Of a stretch of DNA of 64,000 nt, positions 53,542 through 63,138 are shown piece after piece. The translations under genes were made by a program, and so were the position numbers. The notes under the pieces were generated by a model that had not been told where the DNA came from, did not search any database, and saw nothing but the letters and a program-made list of their open reading frames with translations. Every line of letters begins with the position of its first letter. Within the stretch, counting starts at the first letter, position 1. Source of the stretch: Candidatus Poseidonia alphae (GTDB lineage: Archaea; Thermoplasmatota; Poseidoniia; Poseidoniales; Poseidoniaceae); the NCBI GenBank assembly GCA_002505405.1, contig DAVD01000027.1, positions 5,336-69,335 of the forward strand, in the 5' to 3' direction.

Positions 53542-54236
53542 GTTGTCACCACCGTTGGAGGTTCCCCTTCAAACTTGGCAACGGTCAAGTTGACCAACAC
53601 GTCTCCAAAGCAATAGAATGCCCCTACAAGAAGAGGTGGATTCCAAGCGGTTAATCCAGTCCATGGGACCTCATTGGCCCACGTCCAATTTTGAAGATAG
53701 GTTCCAAGCAACTCCATTGCAAGAGCAGCCCATGCCATCGCAGCGTAGAGGCGAGGTTGAGGCCCCCACTGCGTGAATCCAAGGACAAGAAGAAGAAGGA
53801 ATATTCCAGATGTATCTCCTCCCGTCCATATGCCATACAGCACCATGGGTACGAAGGGTAGCAAAAGGGGCATAGCCCAAGAAATCTTCAATCGAAGAGC
53901 AGCTCGTCTACCGAAATCAAAGAGAAAATAGTGCCCTGCTGGAACAAAGAGCGGCATGAGGTCCCGCTGATATTCATAAACAAGCCAAACTTCTGAGAAA
54001 AACAACTCCATTGGTGTCGCAATAGCAACCACCGTAAGCATCTCGATACGCTCTTTTTGGTCGGTTGACGCATAGATTCGTGCGAAGAGTGCCCAACACC
54101 AAATGTTGACCGGCCATTCCGCCAGAGAATCAGGGAGTAGACCTCCAAGGGCCGTTGCTGAAATCCATAGGCCAATCGCAATGGTCCCAACGTACCAAAG
54201 CGAGCGGTTCATGGTACAGGGGATGAGGTTCTCCAT
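53538..54236 (-). CDS. Polytopic membrane protein of unknown function
   Basis: About 7 hydrophobic segments with a repeated E...W.Y/W motif (MELFFSEVWLVYEY / MELLGTYLQNWTW). Start set at ATG 54236 next to the upstream stop. Confidence 0.75.
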   Translation of the reverse strand: MENLIPCTMNRSLWYVGTIAIGLWISATALGGLLPDSLAEWPVNIWCWALFARIYASTDQKERIEMLTVVAIATPMELFFSEVWLVYEYQRDLMPLFVPAGHYFLFDFGRRAALRLKISWAMPLLLPFVPMVLYGIWTGGDTSGIFLLLLVLGFTQWGPQPRLYAAMAWAALAMELLGTYLQNWTWANEVPWTGLTAWNPPLLVGAFYCFGDVLVNLTVAKFEGEPPTVVTT

Positions 54237-54237
54237 T

Positions 54238-55278
54238 TCAGTTTGACCGCTCAATATGGTGCTCAATCTTCACGCCGTTTTTGACCATTAAAGAAAGGGC
54301 TCGGTCCAGAAATGGCGAGGGGAGTTCTTCGGGGGAGTAAACCCCAGATGAGAGAATATCAGCGTTTTCACATAGGGTGAGGGCGGTTGCGAGAGTGACA
54401 AGCCCGGTTGTTCGGGCCATGGATGAGTCGCCTTTGGAACCGCTGTCCTCAACACGCCAAATAAATCTCTGAGCATCATTTTCTGCCTTGACTTCCATCC
54501 ATGTGAATTCACTGCGATCTTTGTCAAGAGTCCATGATTCCAAGAGTGAATCGAGGTTCAATTCTCCAGCGTCTCGCTCGTCAATGTAGCGTTGAATATG
54601 GCCTGGCCAACGAACGGTGTATTCTGACATTTCATCCGCTTTCATTGTGAAGAGCAGGGACCTTAGCCCGTCGGAAAGAAAGGCCTCCATAGACCCCTTC
54701 CCCGCGACTTCAATGAGGTGTCGCTCATCAAGAGCTGGCAGTGTCGTTACAGTGGCTTCTCTCACCACACGGGCAGGCCGTGTGTACTCTGCAATGACAT
54801 CTGCCGGCGAAAACGGTGCCATGTAAGACCAATCGTCATCAGGTTGAGAAGGATTTCCACCGACACGGATTTCAGCATTTCTAAATGTTCCAAGTTTGGT
54901 TTGTGCTTCAGCGAGCAACATGTTGGAGAGGCCAGGGGCAATTCCGACATCCCAAACAACGGTGGAATTTGATTCAACGGCGAGTTCGTGAAGACGGTCT
55001 GGAGTTTTTTCCGCAAAGGAAAGGTCCACAAGGGTTCTGCCGAGGCGAACAAGGTCCTCAGTACACCCTCCTCCAATATCGCCAGGCAACATGTTGACCA
55101 CCAACCCATCGGGAAGCATGTCAAGCCTTTGGGTAATGTCTCCAACGTGCATGGTAATTCCCTGCGTAGAATTCGGTTTGAGGTCGTACACGTGAACGTC
55201 GTGGCCTGATTCTACCAGATGCCGTACAACAAAAGCCCCGACTAAGCCGCTTCCAAGGCAATGGATTGTCGTCATCAT
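54238..55278 (-). CDS. Saccharopine dehydrogenase / lysine 6-dehydrogenase family protein
   Basis: LGSGLVG Rossmann motif, VDLSF, DVGIAPGLSN, SPADVIAEYTRP, EAFLSDGLRSL, TVRWPGH and SSMARTTG. Confidence 0.88.
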   Translation of the reverse strand: MMTTIHCLGSGLVGAFVVRHLVESGHDVHVYDLKPNSTQGITMHVGDITQRLDMLPDGLVVNMLPGDIGGGCTEDLVRLGRTLVDLSFAEKTPDRLHELAVESNSTVVWDVGIAPGLSNMLLAEAQTKLGTFRNAEIRVGGNPSQPDDDWSYMAPFSPADVIAEYTRPARVVREATVTTLPALDERHLIEVAGKGSMEAFLSDGLRSLLFTMKADEMSEYTVRWPGHIQRYIDERDAGELNLDSLLESWTLDKDRSEFTWMEVKAENDAQRFIWRVEDSGSKGDSSMARTTGLVTLATALTLCENADILSSGVYSPEELPSPFLDRALSLMVKNGVKIEHHIERSN

Positions 55279-55281
55279 GGT

Positions 55282-56484
55282 TCACCGCTCAATGTTCGAC
55301 TCAGCACCCATGGCCAGCATGCTCAATTCTGCGAGAAGCGCATGCCAGCCGTGAGCGTGTTCTCCGTACATGTGGCCGGAGTTCGAGTAATCCTCAAACC
55401 GTGCGCTTGGTGAATTAAGGTTATCCATGTCCGATTTTTTAGGATTGATTCTGTAAAACCACGCAGCGGCCTCACCGTCAACAAGGTACACAACTGGTTC
55501 AACAGGTTCGCCTTCTTCGGTAAGCATGGAGGTGGGAATTCCTTCTTGGATGAGGTAATTATCCACTGCAGCGCCTCCCTTTGCATAACGAAGTTTGTTG
55601 ATTTTGCGATTGGAGAGGTTTAGTATTGCGTCTCCCGATGTCAATACCATGATTCCTAATCCGTAGGTCCCACGGTCGTTCTTCATAACCACAGCAGGTT
55701 GCCTTTCAATTCCCAAAGCATCGTATCGCGATTGGATGTTTGCAAGAAATGAATCAATCTCACCAGCAAGTTTCGTACGGCACCCGATTTCAGTAAGGCA
55801 TTTGTCTTCCGAGACAAACCATTCGGGCATCAAATGCCATGGGTCAATCTGAAGAAGTTCTGCAATTTCGTCAACGTATATTTGCAAGCATGAATAATGT
55901 TCAGATTTTCTTCGTTGATGCCACCCCATAGCAGCAGGCGGGGATACGTTGGGTGCAGTAAGTCCCGGCAATTTTCCATTGGTGAGGTCGTTATTGAGGA
56001 GGATAAGGTCGGGTTTCAGTCCTCCTACCAATAGATCACCGTCTCCGTTCAGAGCCACTTGGTCAAGCGTTAACGGCCCCGAAATTCCTTTCAATGAGCC
56101 TAATTCTTCAAGTTCTGGCGACCCAATGGTGCACTTGAATCCCGCCGTCTTGATCAATCGTTGAATCGTCGCTATGTTTTCGATATAACCTTGGTTTCGT
56201 GTGTGGCTTTCAGGATATATGTGCACCCATGTGCAGTTTGGTTGAGTACGCGTGATGTGAGTTTTGAACAGGTTCGAGAGAGCATCAAGTTCTTCCTTTG
56301 CGACATTGTTGAATCCTGCAGGGAAATGGTTGGCATCAACAACACCAACCTTCCACCCAGCATCTCTAATGTCAACACTTCCATAAATCGGAATGGGTAC
56401 TTCTTTTCGCTTCGCACTCATCCAATTCGTAATCAATTCCCGCTTGGATTCAAGCAGGGCGGTTATGTCGTGTACATACGTCAT
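55282..56484 (-). CDS. gshA: Glutamate--cysteine ligase of the ATP-grasp ('divergent' proteobacterial GshA) type
   Basis: PIYGSVDIRDAGWK...VDANHFPAGFNN, PESHTRN..Y, ILLNNDL, GWHQRRKSEH, KNDRGTYGLGI, IQEGI.T, EPVVY and NLNSP match that family's pattern. Confidence 0.82.
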   Translation of the reverse strand: MTYVHDITALLESKRELITNWMSAKRKEVPIPIYGSVDIRDAGWKVGVVDANHFPAGFNNVAKEELDALSNLFKTHITRTQPNCTWVHIYPESHTRNQGYIENIATIQRLIKTAGFKCTIGSPELEELGSLKGISGPLTLDQVALNGDGDLLVGGLKPDLILLNNDLTNGKLPGLTAPNVSPPAAMGWHQRRKSEHYSCLQIYVDEIAELLQIDPWHLMPEWFVSEDKCLTEIGCRTKLAGEIDSFLANIQSRYDALGIERQPAVVMKNDRGTYGLGIMVLTSGDAILNLSNRKINKLRYAKGGAAVDNYLIQEGIPTSMLTEEGEPVEPVVYLVDGEAAAWFYRINPKKSDMDNLNSPSARFEDYSNSGHMYGEHAHGWHALLAELSMLAMGAESNIER

Positions 56485-58265
56485 GGTAAAACCTCGCTGA
56501 GTAGGGTGCTGACATCTCCGACCCTCTTGACTCTTCCACCTTCAATAAGGTGCATGGACTCGAACAGTCCTAGTCCAAGGGCAAGTTCAGACTGTCCTTT
56601 GAAGACCGGTGAGAGGCGTTCGTACTTGGCAACCAGTTGTTCTGTTTCTGAAGAGAATTCGTTAAGGAACGTTTGCAGCATGGTCGGAGATGTTGCTCTA
56701 CCTGCCGGCATTTTTGGACGCCTGACAATTTCTTTGGGGAGTCCAGTGAGATTTGCGGCTTCTCGAAGGGCTGCCTTTTCCTCCATGCTTGAGGGCAATC
56801 TCCACTCCATTGGCAACCTGTTGGCGGCATTGAGATGAGGCGCTCCTAGAAACGGTACTCGTACTTCAAGCGAATGAGCCATGGAATGGCGGTCAACAAG
56901 GCGCAATTGGAAATTACTAAGTTGGCCATGATCCAATTCAAACTGGAGGAACGTGTCAAGGTCCTTGGCCTGCTCCTCAGGTCGTTGGTGGGGTGAAAAC
57001 CAGCCATCATCCTCGGTGAGTGGCCCTTCTTCTAGCGAAGTTTGCACGGTTGGGGGAAGGGACCGGAGCCGTTGACGCAAAAGATGAGCGTGCTGAGTGA
57101 GGTCTCGGTAGCGAGGATAGCCCGCATGCAATTCATCAGCACCTTGGCCACACAGTCCCACTTTGACTTTTTCAGCCATCGTCTCAAAGAGGGGTTGGAA
57201 AAACAGAACCGTTACGTCAATGTCTTCTCCGTGCCAAATTAAGTTCGGCAATGCGCGTTCAAACGCATCGGGTTCGAGGATGTGTTGATGATGGCGGAGG
57301 TCAAAATGCGAGGCGACCAGTTCCGCCGCTTTCCAATCTGGATTGTCTTCGCTTTCTGCTACCGTCCAACATTCGGGTACGGGTTGTTCCGCTCGTGAAG
57401 CCGCTTCTTGAGCAACGGCTGCAACAAGGCTCGAATCAAGTCCTCCGGACAAAACGATACCAACGGGCACATCCGCCATCAATCGCTGTTGGACGCTGGA
57501 TACGAACGAATCAAGGAGCACTGGTGCCTGAGTTGCCGGATTCCATGAGGGCTCAGGGGACACGATTTGTTGTCGAATGGTAGCTCTACCTGACATGAAC
57601 GCCTCCCCATCATCGTTCAGCTCCCATGTTTCAACCGTCCCAGGGTGTACCTGTGTGACTCCTTTGAGCAGCGTTGTAGCATCAAGTGGGTATTCCCAAA
57701 CCATCCGTGCAGCAAGGGCAACCTCGTCCAGTTTGGGGACATGTCGTTCATCCGCTCGCAGCGCTTTTACTTCACTGGCGAACAAGAGTGTACCTTCTAC
57801 CTGAGTCTTGACCAATGGTTTGATTCCGAGGGAATCTCGGGCGAGAATAAGTTGTTGATTCAACCCATCCCACAGCGCTATTGCAAACATTCCGTCGAGC
57901 TGTTCCAGCCACGAGGCATGGTCGCTTGCGGTTGGACGCTGTTGACCGCTTGCAAGAAACCGGTCATGCAAAGCAAGAATAACTTCACTGTCTCCCGATG
58001 TGGTGAACGGGTAATGTTTGAGATTCGAGCGGAGTTGACGATGGTTGTAGATCTCTCCATTCACGATGAGTGTGCGTTCTTTTGAACCATGAATCGGTTG
58101 TTGGCTACCGTGAACATCCACGATGGCCAAGCGTGTGTGAGCAAAAGCGACGCGTTCATCGGACCAAACATTTTGACCGTCAGGCCCTCGATGATATTGG
58201 AGTTGATTCATTCGTTGAGCAACGGCGATATCGGGGTTGCCCAGCATCCCGCCAATACCGCACAT
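56481..58265 (-). CDS. asnB: Asparagine synthase (glutamine-hydrolysing)-family amidotransferase
   Basis: MCGI Ntn cysteine, HRGPD, HTRLAIVD, NGEIYN, LSGGLDSS, GQGADELHAGY and EVRVPFL. Confidence 0.9.
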   Translation of the reverse strand: MCGIGGMLGNPDIAVAQRMNQLQYHRGPDGQNVWSDERVAFAHTRLAIVDVHGSQQPIHGSKERTLIVNGEIYNHRQLRSNLKHYPFTTSGDSEVILALHDRFLASGQQRPTASDHASWLEQLDGMFAIALWDGLNQQLILARDSLGIKPLVKTQVEGTLLFASEVKALRADERHVPKLDEVALAARMVWEYPLDATTLLKGVTQVHPGTVETWELNDDGEAFMSGRATIRQQIVSPEPSWNPATQAPVLLDSFVSSVQQRLMADVPVGIVLSGGLDSSLVAAVAQEAASRAEQPVPECWTVAESEDNPDWKAAELVASHFDLRHHQHILEPDAFERALPNLIWHGEDIDVTVLFFQPLFETMAEKVKVGLCGQGADELHAGYPRYRDLTQHAHLLRQRLRSLPPTVQTSLEEGPLTEDDGWFSPHQRPEEQAKDLDTFLQFELDHGQLSNFQLRLVDRHSMAHSLEVRVPFLGAPHLNAANRLPMEWRLPSSMEEKAALREAANLTGLPKEIVRRPKMPAGRATSPTMLQTFLNEFSSETEQLVAKYERLSPVFKGQSELALGLGLFESMHLIEGGRVKRVGDVSTLLSEVLP

Positions 58266-58321
58266 GAGTCTCGGTAACTGGCCTTCCTTTTCAAGGAATG
58301 TTCAATCCTTGGTTGAAAAAA

Positions 58322-58432
58322 TCACCAAAGTGGGTAACGGAACATTGTTATTGCGAGAAAAATAATTGCAAGTCCAAAACCAACGTAGTACGCAATTTGG
58401 GGCGGGTCGTTATGTTGGGACTCATCTGACAT
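58322..58432 (-). CDS. 36-aa single-TM microprotein (MSDESQHNDPPQIAYYVGFGLAIIFLAITMFRYPLW)
   Basis: ATG preceded by GAGGAG, one clean TM helix followed by Arg. It fills the intergenic gap and is below the ORF-track size cutoff. Confidence 0.65.
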   Translation of the reverse strand: MSDESQHNDPPQIAYYVGFGLAIIFLAITMFRYPLW

Positions 58433-58511
58433 GGGCTCTCCTCGGTTGAAACCAAGAATGCCCCCCATTTGAATATGTTGAGCGAATTCGATGCAGAGGG
58501 TTGTTTATAAC

Positions 58512-59135
58512 TCACATCACTTGTGCAAACGGGTCCAATAAAAGAACCAAAGCAAGCGGTATGAGAAGCATGGTGGCATTGTCGTCAATGTACCGCAATC
58601 GTGGCCATTCAGCGATCATGCAGACAGGCGCAAGAAGCAATGCAATCCAAATCGGGGTGTCAAATTGCAGTGAGCATGCAAGCCAAATTGCAAGGATGAC
58701 TCCAGTTGATACAACCATGACTTGGCGTGTTCCAATTCCTTTTCTGCGTAATTCTCCCATGAGCGGGTCTCCAAAGGCCAGTGAGATAATCAGTGGGTAT
58801 GCATAGGCTTCATGGGGTACCAGCAGCAAAACCATTCCAATCCCAAAAGCCCCCCATGCCAAAGCAGATACCTGTTTCGCTTCGTAATCGCGCTGTCCAA
58901 AAATGGTGATTCCATACCGCAAGCGAATGCTTTCCGCTATAAGTGCAAACAGGACGACGGACGCAACGACTTGGTCCAATTCCATGCTGACCTTAGAGGC
59001 CACGTCATCTCCAAGTCTAAAGTAGAGAAGTGGAATTGCAGCCATGCTCAAATGAATGACTCTACGGAGGATGTGACCATTCATTCCACCAACGGAGGTT
59101 TCAACCGGGTTTGTTAATTCAACTTGACCGCTCAT
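58512..59135 (-). CDS. Dolichol/phytol kinase-like (CTP-dependent lipid kinase family) membrane protein
   Basis: LRRVIH, R.YE, LAFGDPLMG and IDDNATM motifs with multiple TM helices. Confidence 0.7.
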   Translation of the reverse strand: MSGQVELTNPVETSVGGMNGHILRRVIHLSMAAIPLLYFRLGDDVASKVSMELDQVVASVVLFALIAESIRLRYGITIFGQRDYEAKQVSALAWGAFGIGMVLLLVPHEAYAYPLIISLAFGDPLMGELRRKGIGTRQVMVVSTGVILAIWLACSLQFDTPIWIALLLAPVCMIAEWPRLRYIDDNATMLLIPLALVLLLDPFAQVM

Positions 59136-60030
59136 CAGTGTCCCCTAACAAGACAGTCAATGCGTTCTCAATATCAATTGTACCCTCTGTGAGAAGGTCA
59201 AGACATTCATTGTATGATGGATGAGTCACAAGCCGTCGTTCATGACTCGCAAGCAATCGCTCTCTCATTCGTGCACGGGTTGCTCGGTCGGATGCCTTGA
59301 GGTGAAGCAACAGGTCGGATGCCGGCTCAATTCCGATGCCATGTAGGCCCGATGTCAGCAAAACAGGGGGCGCTTCGCTTTGTCCAAGGTTGAAGGATTC
59401 TTGAAGTTCCGAAGCATGCTTTTGCGCCCCGTCAAGGTCTGCTTTGTTGACGAGTACAGCGTCCGCCAATTCGAGTAACCCAGCTTTTTCGGCTTGAATC
59501 CCATCTCCTCTAGCAGGCCCTTCTACGACGATGATGCGGTCGGCTACTGCCGCACATCGCAATTCTGATTGGCCGGAGCCCACCGTTTCAATGAGGACTC
59601 GATTCCACCCGCATGCGTGAAGGAACGAAGCCATGTCCTCAACGATCAATGGTACGCTTCCAGAAGCTGCCCGTGTTGCGATTGAGCGGACATACACGTG
59701 ATCTTTGATTTCCGGGTCGTCCACAGAAGTCATTCGTACTCGGTCGCCAAGAAGGGCGCCGCCGGTGCGAGGGGAACTTGGGTCGACTGCGAGCAGAGCG
59801 AGTTTGTGACCCTGCTTAGCCCAACGCGTCATCAGTGCATCTACTAAGACTGATTTTCCAACACCTGGTGCGCCGGTAATGGCCATGGTGCGCCATGTTG
59901 GTTCAGCGGTATCCCTCTGCGAAAACGGGTCAGTCCCCTCATGAGTAAACGTTCCGTTTTCTATGGCGGACAACACTCGTGCAAGGGCTCGACGTTCGCC
60001 GTTGAGCGCACGAGCAACTTCGTCTTGCAT
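59119..60030 (-). CDS. meaB: MeaB/ArgK GTPase, chaperone of methylmalonyl-CoA mutase
   Basis: ITGAPGVGKS, LAVDPSSPRTGGALLGDRVRM, ETVGSGQSE, GDGIQAEKAGLLE and NKAD. Confidence 0.93.
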   Translation of the reverse strand: MQDEVARALNGERRALARVLSAIENGTFTHEGTDPFSQRDTAEPTWRTMAITGAPGVGKSVLVDALMTRWAKQGHKLALLAVDPSSPRTGGALLGDRVRMTSVDDPEIKDHVYVRSIATRAASGSVPLIVEDMASFLHACGWNRVLIETVGSGQSELRCAAVADRIIVVEGPARGDGIQAEKAGLLELADAVLVNKADLDGAQKHASELQESFNLGQSEAPPVLLTSGLHGIGIEPASDLLLHLKASDRATRARMRERLLASHERRLVTHPSYNECLDLLTEGTIDIENALTVLLGDTDERSS

Positions 60031-60041
60031 GTGAGGTCACC

Positions 60042-60488
60042 TCATGCCTTGGATTCCCAATGCCAGTCGGTTCCTTGGCCAACTCCAGCATCGCTCATAG
60101 CGTTCGCATGTTGGATGAACTCAAGAATTTCAGAGGTTGGCGTTCCTGGTCCGAAGATTGCTTTGATGCCCGCACTGAACAGTTCAGGTCGGTCTTCATG
60201 GGGAATGATTCCTCCGCCGAACACGATCACGTCTTCCAGTCCCTCGTTCACCAACAATTCACACACTTTTGGAAAGAGGTGGCTATGGGCGCCGGAAAGG
60301 GATGAAAGCCCCAAGAATCGGGCATCTTCATCTCGAACGGTCTCAACGATTTGTTGCGCAGTCCGGCGAAGGCCAGTATAGATTACTTCATGGCCAGCGT
60401 CACGAAGCGTACGGGCAACGACCTTGGCTCCACGGTCGTGACCGTCAAGTCCGGGTTTGGCGACAACAATACGTAGCGGTTGGGCCAT
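60042..60488 (-). CDS. Methylmalonyl-CoA mutase small (cobalamin-binding) subunit
   Basis: [14 protein letters not shown] (DxHxxG), [15 protein letters not shown] and IFGPGT. Confidence 0.94.
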   Translation of the reverse strand: MAQPLRIVVAKPGLDGHDRGAKVVARTLRDAGHEVIYTGLRRTAQQIVETVRDEDARFLGLSSLSGAHSHLFPKVCELLVNEGLEDVIVFGGGIIPHEDRPELFSAGIKAIFGPGTPTSEILEFIQHANAMSDAGVGQGTDWHWESKA

Positions 60489-60623
60489 GAACTGAGGAAC
60501 AGGCGCCTCCCTATCAACACACCCCTTGGGGCAAACTTGAATCCGGCCTCAACAGCCGTTTTCACGGATTTACAAGAGCAACGCATAAGGGCGGCGTTTT
60601 CATCCATCCGAAGGGGGAAGTCC

Positions 60624-62177
60624 ATGTCAAGTACAGAAGACCGTCTAAAAGACCTCAGAAATCGCAAGTCTCGAAGTGAGGCTGGAGGAGGTCAAGCACG
60701 TGTCGAAGCCCAACATAACCGGGGTAAAATGACTGCTCGAGAGCGCCTTACAATGCTTCTGGATGACGGGAGTTTTCAAGAAATTGATGCTTTGGTTGAA
60801 CACCGATGTCGTGATTTCAACATGGACAAGAACGTGATCCCCGGAGACGGGGTCGTTACCGGCCACGGTACAATCAACGGAAGGCAAGTGTTTGCTTTTG
60901 CTCAAGACTTCACTGTTTACGGGGGTTCACTCGGTGAAATGCACGGGCTTAAAATTTGCAAAGTCCTTGACATGGCGCTCAAAACCGGTCGCCCCGTCAT
61001 TGGAATGAACGATTCGGGCGGAGCTCGAATTCAAGAAGGGGTGGCTTCGCTTGGTTCCTATGCAGAAATTTTCTTCAGAAATGTAAGAGCCTCTGGCGTC
61101 GTCCCTCAAATCTCAGTGATTATGGGTCCGTGTGCTGGAGGCGCAGTTTATTCTCCAGCCATCACGGACTTTGTCATCATGGTCGACCAAACAGCGCATA
61201 TGTTCATCACTGGACCAGAGGTTATCAAAACCGTAACCAATGAAGTCGTATCGTTTGAAGACCTCGGAGGAGCGTCAACCCACGGGTCAAAATCAGGCGT
61301 GTCCCACTTTACTGCCTCTGACGATGAAGACGCCATTTCGATGGCTCGTGACTTGTGCGACCTGCTCCCCCAGAACAATCTTGAACGACCACCGGTCAAG
61401 AAAACCAACGATTCAAGAGACCGGTTGTGCGATGCACTTGACAGCATCATTCCTGAAGATTCATCAAAGCCCTACAATGTAGTGGATGTAATCACTGAAG
61501 TCCTCGACGACGGTGGTTTTATGGAAGTTCAATCCGAATGGGCGCGAAACATCGTTATTGGATTTGGACACTTGGACGGGAATACCGTTGGTGTGGTGGC
61601 CAATCAACCACAAGTTCTCGCAGGTTGCCTCGACATTGATGCCAGCGATAAGGCAGCTCGCTTCGTTCGGTTTTGTGATGCATTCAATATTCCAATTCTC
61701 ACCTTTGAGGATGTACCTGGGTTCCTGCCGGGGACCAATCAGGAATGGGGTGGAATCATCCGACATGGTGCAAAACTTCTCTATGCGTTCGCTGAGGCTA
61801 CCGTTCCAAAGTTAACGGTCATTCTTCGTAAGGCGTACGGCGGAGCGTACGATGTGATGTCCAGTAAGCACATCCGAGGCGACTACAACGTGGCTTGGCC
61901 CAGCGCTGAGTTGGCCGTGATGGGTGCTGATGGGGCAGTTGAAATCATTCATCGTCGCCGAATCGCTCATTCCCGCAACCCGGAACAGGAGCGAGAACGG
62001 TTGACTGAGGATTTCAAAGAAACATTTGCGAATCCATACAAGGCAGCAGCCCTGGGTTATCTTGATGATGTTATCGAACCGAACCAAACACGCCAACGCT
62101 TGTGCAGGGCGCTTGCCATGCTCAAGGACAAGGAAGAACTTCGTCCCGCCCGAAAACATGGAAATATTCCCTTGTGA
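60624..62177 (+). CDS. pccB: Acyl-CoA (propionyl/methylmalonyl-CoA) carboxyltransferase subunit
   Basis: [56 protein letters not shown] and RKHGNIPL. Start set at ATG 60624. Confidence 0.94.
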   Translation: MSSTEDRLKDLRNRKSRSEAGGGQARVEAQHNRGKMTARERLTMLLDDGSFQEIDALVEHRCRDFNMDKNVIPGDGVVTGHGTINGRQVFAFAQDFTVYGGSLGEMHGLKICKVLDMALKTGRPVIGMNDSGGARIQEGVASLGSYAEIFFRNVRASGVVPQISVIMGPCAGGAVYSPAITDFVIMVDQTAHMFITGPEVIKTVTNEVVSFEDLGGASTHGSKSGVSHFTASDDEDAISMARDLCDLLPQNNLERPPVKKTNDSRDRLCDALDSIIPEDSSKPYNVVDVITEVLDDGGFMEVQSEWARNIVIGFGHLDGNTVGVVANQPQVLAGCLDIDASDKAARFVRFCDAFNIPILTFEDVPGFLPGTNQEWGGIIRHGAKLLYAFAEATVPKLTVILRKAYGGAYDVMSSKHIRGDYNVAWPSAELAVMGADGAVEIIHRRRIAHSRNPEQERERLTEDFKETFANPYKAAALGYLDDVIEPNQTRQRLCRALAMLKDKEELRPARKHGNIPL

Positions 62178-62186
62178 GTTGAAATT

Positions 62187-62378
62187 ATGGCTGGAAAAGA
62201 CGATGAATTACGAATGGCAGCCATTGCTGCTGTGCTTGCCGCTACAAGGCAACAAGGCGAAGACCCAGCCGAAATAGCCCGTCGCCCGGGGATGCCTTGG
62301 TCCCAAGATCATCGACGAATGGTTACTGGCCGCTCGTCTCTCATGCACGCTCGAAGCCAACGCTCACCATGGAGGTAA
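62187..62378 (+). CDS. Small subunit of acyl-CoA carboxylase (epsilon/PccX-like)
   Basis: 63 aa, located between the CT and BCCP genes. EL.MAAIAAVLAA...W...R resembles AccE/PccX. Confidence 0.65.
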   Translation: MAGKDDELRMAAIAAVLAATRQQGEDPAEIARRPGMPWSQDHRRMVTGRSSLMHARSQRSPWR

Positions 62379-62382
62379 CCTC

Positions 62383-62793
62383 ATGTCAGAAACACGAAAG
62401 GTCATTGTCAACGGCACGGAATATGAAGTAGAACTCGAGGGTGAAGGCACATCTTGGAAGGCAACTGTTGAAGGAAAAACTTACGAGATTGAAATGCCCG
62501 ATGCCCCTCCTGCACCAAAGCAACGTCGGTCAGGTGGAGGCAAGAAGAAGAAATCGGGAACGGTTTCAGCCAATATTCCCGGAAAAGTTGTTACCGTTGA
62601 GGTCTCAGTGGGTGATGAAGTTGCAGAAGGTCAAGTCATTCTCATTCTTGAGGCCATGAAAATGCAAAATGAAATCCAAGCACCTGTGACGGGAACCGTC
62701 ATTTCAGTTCATTGCGATGAAGGAGAGGCAATTGAAGCAAATGTACCCCTCGTCGTAATCGAGCCTATTCCCGAACCCGAAGCGGAAGAATGA
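62383..62793 (+). CDS. Biotin carboxyl carrier protein
   Basis: VNGTEYEVE N-terminus, A.IPGKV and the EAMKMQNEI biotinylation motif. GGAGGT RBS. Confidence 0.94.
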   Translation: MSETRKVIVNGTEYEVELEGEGTSWKATVEGKTYEIEMPDAPPAPKQRRSGGGKKKKSGTVSANIPGKVVTVEVSVGDEVAEGQVILILEAMKMQNEIQAPVTGTVISVHCDEGEAIEANVPLVVIEPIPEPEAEE

Positions 62794-62850
62794 TTCTTTT
62801 TCGCTGGTTAGAGGCAAGAGTTAATCAAGCATAGAAGGGCTGAGTGATAT

Positions 62851-63090
62851 ATGCCCAAAGAACCCGTCTGTGATTTACCCGGATGCGGAGAAGAGGGGAC
62901 CGTGGTTTCTCGGCTTTCCCCAGAGGGGTATCTCGTAGCAACCGGAAAGAAGGCCTACTCGTTTCGAGAGGCTTACCGCCGCTTCCATTATTGCTCCAAC
63001 CACCATGATGAACTCATGGGGGGGGTATGGTCTCGAGTCCGCAAGCCCGATGACAAGAAAGATGGGCACGTTGCCCCTACAGCAATCTAA
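62851..63090 (+). CDS. Small hypothetical protein, possibly Zn-binding
   Basis: 79 aa with CDLPGC...YCSNHH. A TTAAT-type box lies about 30 nt upstream. Confidence 0.55.
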   Translation: MPKEPVCDLPGCGEEGTVVSRLSPEGYLVATGKKAYSFREAYRRFHYCSNHHDELMGGVWSRVRKPDDKKDGHVAPTAI

Positions 63091-63138
63091 TGATTGCGCA
63101 GTGGTGAGGCTGATATACCCTCAATGCCTAGGTTTACC

